From an uncultured Chitinophagaceae bacterium (GTDB lineage: Bacteria > Bacteroidota > Bacteroidia > NS11-12g > UBA9320): a stretch of DNA of 64,000 bases. This document shows, in pieces, positions 60,429 through 64,000 of this stretch. The translations under genes and the position numbers were made by a program. Below the pieces are notes generated by a model, which saw nothing but the letters and a program-made list of their open reading frames with translations, made no database searches and was not told where the DNA came from. Numbering within the stretch: position 1 is the first letter of the stretch; the number at the start of each line of letters is the position of its first letter. Location of the stretch: the NCBI GenBank assembly GCA_964647785.1, contig CAZYJD010000001.1, positions 26,148 to 90,147 of the forward strand. Reading direction: 5' to 3'.

Positions 60429-61844
60429 TCGCAACCTCCACTCTTTGGGATAATAGTTGTTCAAACGGTTTCCTGCATTTTTCAGCCAGCCCAGTGGAAG
60501 TGCACCATAACTGGCCAACACCCACTTTTGTGCGCCCTCCACTGTGGGGAGTGCATTTTTTCTCAGGTAATTCAGGGCTTGGTCTTTCTCCAAATCCAAG
60601 CTTCCAAATGCATCGGCTGCCAAATGAAGACTCATGGCAAAATCATGCGACCACTGAAAGTCTCTGCCTTTTTCCTCTCCCATTGGCGTTCCTTTTCTAA
60701 GCAGCTTTATTTCTTCAGCAATAAGAGCGGCTTGCGAAACAAAGGCTTCCGGAAAAAGATAGGGTTTGTTGTATTCATCCCTCAAGATCACCAAATGTTC
60801 TGCATTTGAACGCAAACAAACTCGATGCAATTTTTTGTCTACCGTTATCCTGCTTGAGGTTCTTGTTTTTACTTCCTTCTCAGCAGAAGTTTTTCGAACT
60901 GCGGCAATAAAAAAACCTTCAGCTTTTGAACGATGCGGCCAGGTTCGATAGCTATCTATACCCTCCATCGATCTGTGATCAACCCCCCAAGCAAGTTCTG
61001 GCAAACCAACCGCTTCCGCACCAGCTTGATCAATCAGGTGCATTAAGGACCGTTCATCCTCCATATTGTTAAACGTGCATGTGCTGTAAATTAGATACCC
61101 CCCTTCTTTCAGGCAAGGCCAAGCATCCTGCAGGATTCTTTTTTGGCGCAAATGACAATGTTCAACTTGATCCGTTCCCCAATGCGATCTTGCCATGGGA
61201 TCTTTCCTGAACATGCCTTCTCCCGAACAGGGTGCATCTACGACCAACACATCAAACAAACCATTCAAACGCGAGAAGTCTCGAGGGTCGTTCTGGCTAA
61301 CCAACACATTGGCATATCCCCATTTTGTAACATTTTCTAACAGTGAAGCTGATCTGCTTTTTATGACCTCATTGCTTATAAGCAGACCCCGGTGATTGAG
61401 CAAGGAGAGCAAATGTGTTGATTTACCACCGGGAGAAGCACACAAATCAAGCACCAGCGGTTGATCTGGCAATGATAATTGATCCCAAACTTGTTCAAGC
61501 AACATCGATCCGGCTTCCTGAACATAATACGCACCGGCATGAAAATTAGGATCAAGCGCAAAAAGCGGGCGCTCATTTAAGTACCGGCCGCTTTTACACC
61601 ATGCAACAGATTCTTCTTCCCCAAAGAGAACACTTCCTTTCTCGGGGTGAATCCTGAGGGAAACAGGCGATACCTGCTCCAGGACCTCCTTTAAAAGATT
61701 CTGCTCATCAGCACTCAAAAGCTTGTCCAAACTCTTTAAGAAATCTTGGGGTAAGGCCGTCATAGGTATTGGTTGCAAATATGGGTGCAAAGTGCGTATT
61801 TTGCCCACCATTTCTGAAAGAGCCGTAGAAATCGATGGTTTCAA
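60420..61844 (-). CDS. RsmB/RsmF-family rRNA (cytosine-C5) methyltransferase
   Basis: SAM-binding LDLCASPGGKSTHL. Catalytic DAPCSGEGMFRKDP and TCT motifs. Confidence 0.85.
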   Translation of the reverse strand: MKPSISTALSEMVGKIRTLHPYLQPIPMTALPQDFLKSLDKLLSADEQNLLKEVLEQVSPVSLRIHPEKGSVLFGEEESVAWCKSGRYLNERPLFALDPNFHAGAYYVQEAGSMLLEQVWDQLSLPDQPLVLDLCASPGGKSTHLLSLLNHRGLLISNEVIKSRSASLLENVTKWGYANVLVSQNDPRDFSRLNGLFDVLVVDAPCSGEGMFRKDPMARSHWGTDQVEHCHLRQKRILQDAWPCLKEGGYLIYSTCTFNNMEDERSLMHLIDQAGAEAVGLPELAWGVDHRSMEGIDSYRTWPHRSKAEGFFIAAVRKTSAEKEVKTRTSSRITVDKKLHRVCLRSNAEHLVILRDEYNKPYLFPEAFVSQAALIAEEIKLLRKGTPMGEEKGRDFQWSHDFAMSLHLAADAFGSLDLEKDQALNYLRKNALPTVEGAQKWVLASYGALPLGWLKNAGNRLNNYYPKEWRLRLQ

Positions 61845-61865
61845 TTCTGGCTTTTTTAAGAAAGC

Positions 61866-61939
61866 GGGCCTATAGCTCAGTTGGTTAGAGCACCTGACTC
61901 ATAATCAGGTGGTCCCTGGTTCGAGCCCAGGTGGGCCCA
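61866..61939 (+). tRNA. tRNA with CAT anticodon (elongator Met, or Ile2 if lysidinylated)
   Basis: GGGCCTATAGCTCAGTTGGTTAGAGCACCTGACTCATAATCAGGTGGTCCCTGGTTCGAGCCCAGGTGGGCCCA folds as a cloverleaf with anticodon loop CTCATAA. The anticodon stem is not initiator-like. Confidence 0.85.
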
Positions 61940-61975
61940 CTCTGAAATGCTCCTTTAGGGGCATTTTTAGTATAA

Positions 61976-62050
61976 GGGCAATTAGCTCAGTTGGTTTAGA
62001 GCATTACCTTGACAGGGTAGGGGTCACTGGTTCGAATCCAGTATTGCCCA
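61976..62050 (+). tRNA. tRNA-Val (anticodon GAC)
   Basis: GGGCAATTAGCTCAGTTGGTTTAGAGCATTACCTTGACAGGGTAGGGGTCACTGGTTCGAATCCAGTATTGCCCA folds as a cloverleaf with anticodon loop TTGACAG. Confidence 0.85.
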
Positions 62051-62067
62051 CTTATACACATTCTTCA

Positions 62068-62589
62068 TCATCCCAACTCCACTTTCTTGCCTACGGTTTC
62101 CTCGTAGAAGTGATGCAATCTAAAGGTTTGTTCTGCCCCCAGTTTTTGCCCAAACTGCGCAATGATGTAAAGCACCAATGCCACCAAAGCCAATACGGGA
62201 ATCAGCCAAAGCAGCCATGTTTCCTTGCCAAGAATGCGATAAGAATAGCCGATGATACCGGCAAAAACAGCCGCAATTCCAAGTACCAGATAACTCATGG
62301 CAAAAAAAGTCCAAACCGAAGGGTCCGGACCGTAGAGGCCCCTTACCAAAGTTCCTCCTCCCGATTCACTCTCCCGCTCTTCGAGACTGATGGTCAACTG
62401 AGGCGACCAGAAATGACGCTCATCAACAGGTATCTTTAAAATGATGTGGCCCGGTCTGAATACCCCACTACAAGAGCAGAGTTCCTTTTCGTGTTCTATT
62501 CGATCGCGGAACAGTTTCTCCATCTCTTGGGCGCCCGAGCGGAATTGTTGTTGAAAACGAGGTCTGATTCTAAAACTGCTCATACGCAA
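62068..62589 (-). CDS. Hypothetical membrane protein (soluble N-terminal ~90 aa plus 2 TM helices)
   Basis: 173-aa ORF. C-terminal half has two clear hydrophobic helices. No recognised motif. Confidence 0.45.
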   Translation of the reverse strand: MRMSSFRIRPRFQQQFRSGAQEMEKLFRDRIEHEKELCSCSGVFRPGHIILKIPVDERHFWSPQLTISLEERESESGGGTLVRGLYGPDPSVWTFFAMSYLVLGIAAVFAGIIGYSYRILGKETWLLWLIPVLALVALVLYIIAQFGQKLGAEQTFRLHHFYEETVGKKVELG

Positions 62590-62694
62590 ATTTTACCGAA
62601 GAAAGATATTTGGGCTGAAAGAAAAAATGGCCCGGTAAAAAATCAGGCCGGACTGATCCGACCTGAAATCTTGATTAACCTGCGCAATCCCAGC

Positions 62695-64000
62695 TTAGAA
62701 AGTCATGTTCAATGACATGACAAAATTCCTTCCAGCGCCGGAGATTCCTGAGCTGTATGGCCTGTATCTGCGATCGGTTATGTTTTCCAATCCCGCGCCC
62801 AGGCGGAAACTTTCATTCAGTTGAATCATACTTTTAAAATTGAGAATTATCCATGAAGGTGCATAGGTGTTTCCCTCTGTATCAAGAGCGTAGATTTCCG
62901 TTTTGCCCTGCTCCTCTATTGCCAGGTTTTTGTGGCTTCTTTCGGCCTGAAAAGGCGCATTCAACTCCAGACTCAACCGCTTATTGCGATAACCCAGGCG
63001 ACCAATACCATAGATGGGTGCTGCATGCCTCGATGCACTCACCCTTCCGTCATCCAGTTCTTCTTCTCCTTTTTGATAGCTCAAATCTGCAGATGCGTAC
63101 CAACCCGAAGGCAATCTCAATTCAGCATTGGCCTGAATACCGAACACATTTGCCATGGCTGCATTTTGTATGGACTGTACTTGGCTGAGCTGCCCCTGGT
63201 ATAAAATGCTGTCCAAGCCATTGAGGGTGGCATTTCGTCTCACCAAAGCATGGTCGAGATAGGTGTAAAAAACAGAAACCTCCATCTTGAACAGGTCGCT
63301 GAAAACTTTTGCCACGGAAATATCTGCATTCCAGGCGTATTCGGCAGCCAGAGATGGATTCGGTATGGTTACCGCACCGGGTTCAGAATCAAAAACCTTA
63401 CCCATATCATCTACATTGGGCGATCGGAATGCCGTACTCATATTTGCCCTTACAATCCAGTTTTTCCCAGGTCGGTATACCGCCCCTGCAGAACCGGTTA
63501 AAGCCCCCTTGTCCAATTGAGCTGAAGTAAATGGGAAGGGGTAGAAACTGGTATCAAAATCAGCACTCAAGCCGTAATAAGCATAGCGAAAACCCCCTTG
63601 AAGGGTCCATTTCCGATTCATTCGAAATTCATTGTTCATATACAGGGAGGCCGTTGACCAAGTTGCCTGAGGGTATCTCGAAGGCCCCAGCTGTACATCG
63701 GAGTTCAAAATATTCTGAATTTCACCGGTGCTGTTAACATCATTCAACACTGCTTCTGCCCCGTAATACAAGGTATTTCTTTTGCCGGTCGACTTGCTGA
63801 AATCAAGGTTCACCGACCAGGCAATGACCTTTTCGGTTTGCAAATTCCTCATGCTATCATTGAGGTTTCGGTCGATTCTGCTCTCTTCAAAACGCTGTCT
63901 GGCAAACTTTGCACTCATCAGGTCAAATGCCTTCGTTTTTCGCTGATGCTCAATGCTGAGTAGCTGCATGCCCCAGATTTGCGGACCATAACTCCATTCG
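62695..64000 (-). CDS. TonB-dependent receptor, C-terminal barrel portion (gene start lies beyond the window end)
   Basis: Ends ...RNFVMSLNMTF with a terminal aromatic residue. Barrel-strand periodicity. The ORF is open to the window edge. Confidence 0.75.
   Translation of the reverse strand, partial: EWSYGPQIWGMQLLSIEHQRKTKAFDLMSAKFARQRFEESRIDRNLNDSMRNLQTEKVIAWSVNLDFSKSTGKRNTLYYGAEAVLNDVNSTGEIQNILNSDVQLGPSRYPQATWSTASLYMNNEFRMNRKWTLQGGFRYAYYGLSADFDTSFYPFPFTSAQLDKGALTGSAGAVYRPGKNWIVRANMSTAFRSPNVDDMGKVFDSEPGAVTIPNPSLAAEYAWNADISVAKVFSDLFKMEVSVFYTYLDHALVRRNATLNGLDSILYQGQLSQVQSIQNAAMANVFGIQANAELRLPSGWYASADLSYQKGEEELDDGRVSASRHAAPIYGIGRLGYRNKRLSLELNAPFQAERSHKNLAIEEQGKTEIYALDTEGNTYAPSWIILNFKSMIQLNESFRLGAGLENITDRRYRPYSSGISGAGRNFVMSLNMTF

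Noticed and set aside
1-64000. CRISPR arrays, IS elements, transposases and toxin-antitoxin pairs
   Set aside because: No short-period direct-repeat arrays are present. No DDE, HUH or serine-recombinase-like ORFs are present. No small paired ORFs with TA-like features were found. Repeats present are intragenic coding repeats and one segmental duplication.

Overview
This window looks like a chromosomal segment from a Bacteroidetes genome. Three observations support that: several proteins end in T9SS C-terminal sorting domains, the glutamine synthetase is the type III form, and a DUF4856-like lipoprotein / imelysin / HTTM / TonB-dependent receptor cluster is present. GC content appears to be roughly in the mid-40s percent. 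Most of the window is tightly packed housekeeping genes. These include GSIII glnA (partial), prfA, an LpxH-like phosphoesterase, polA, metG, tyrS, fabH, class II RNR nrdJ, ndk, rfbA/rfbB, a DEAD-box helicase, an ABC-F ATPase, a fused 2-oxoacid dehydrogenase E1 alpha/beta, a PcrB/GGGPS homolog, a CtpA/Prc S41 protease, an RsmB/F methyltransferase and NrnA. There are three tRNA genes: Arg-CCT, Met/Ile-CAT and Val-GAC. I saw no CRISPR array, transposase or integrase. The most unusual region is a minus-strand operon at 13.5-17.9 kb. It encodes a small beta-barrel outer-membrane protein, a 152-aa T9SS-CTD protein, and two tandem paralogous signal-peptide proteins. The two paralogs share a roughly 430-bp block of perfect nucleotide identity at their 5' ends and carry 102-bp in-frame tandem repeats in different copy number. 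Their C-terminal modules differ completely, and one is a Cys-containing glycine-rich domain. Other notable items are a T9SS-secreted PNGase F homolog, a divergently transcribed pair of paralogous OMP-like genes, tandem paralogous small membrane proteins next to tRNA-Arg, and a 63-bp tandem repeat inside a coiled-coil protein gene. All calls rest on reading the six-frame translations and the raw sequence. No database search was possible.
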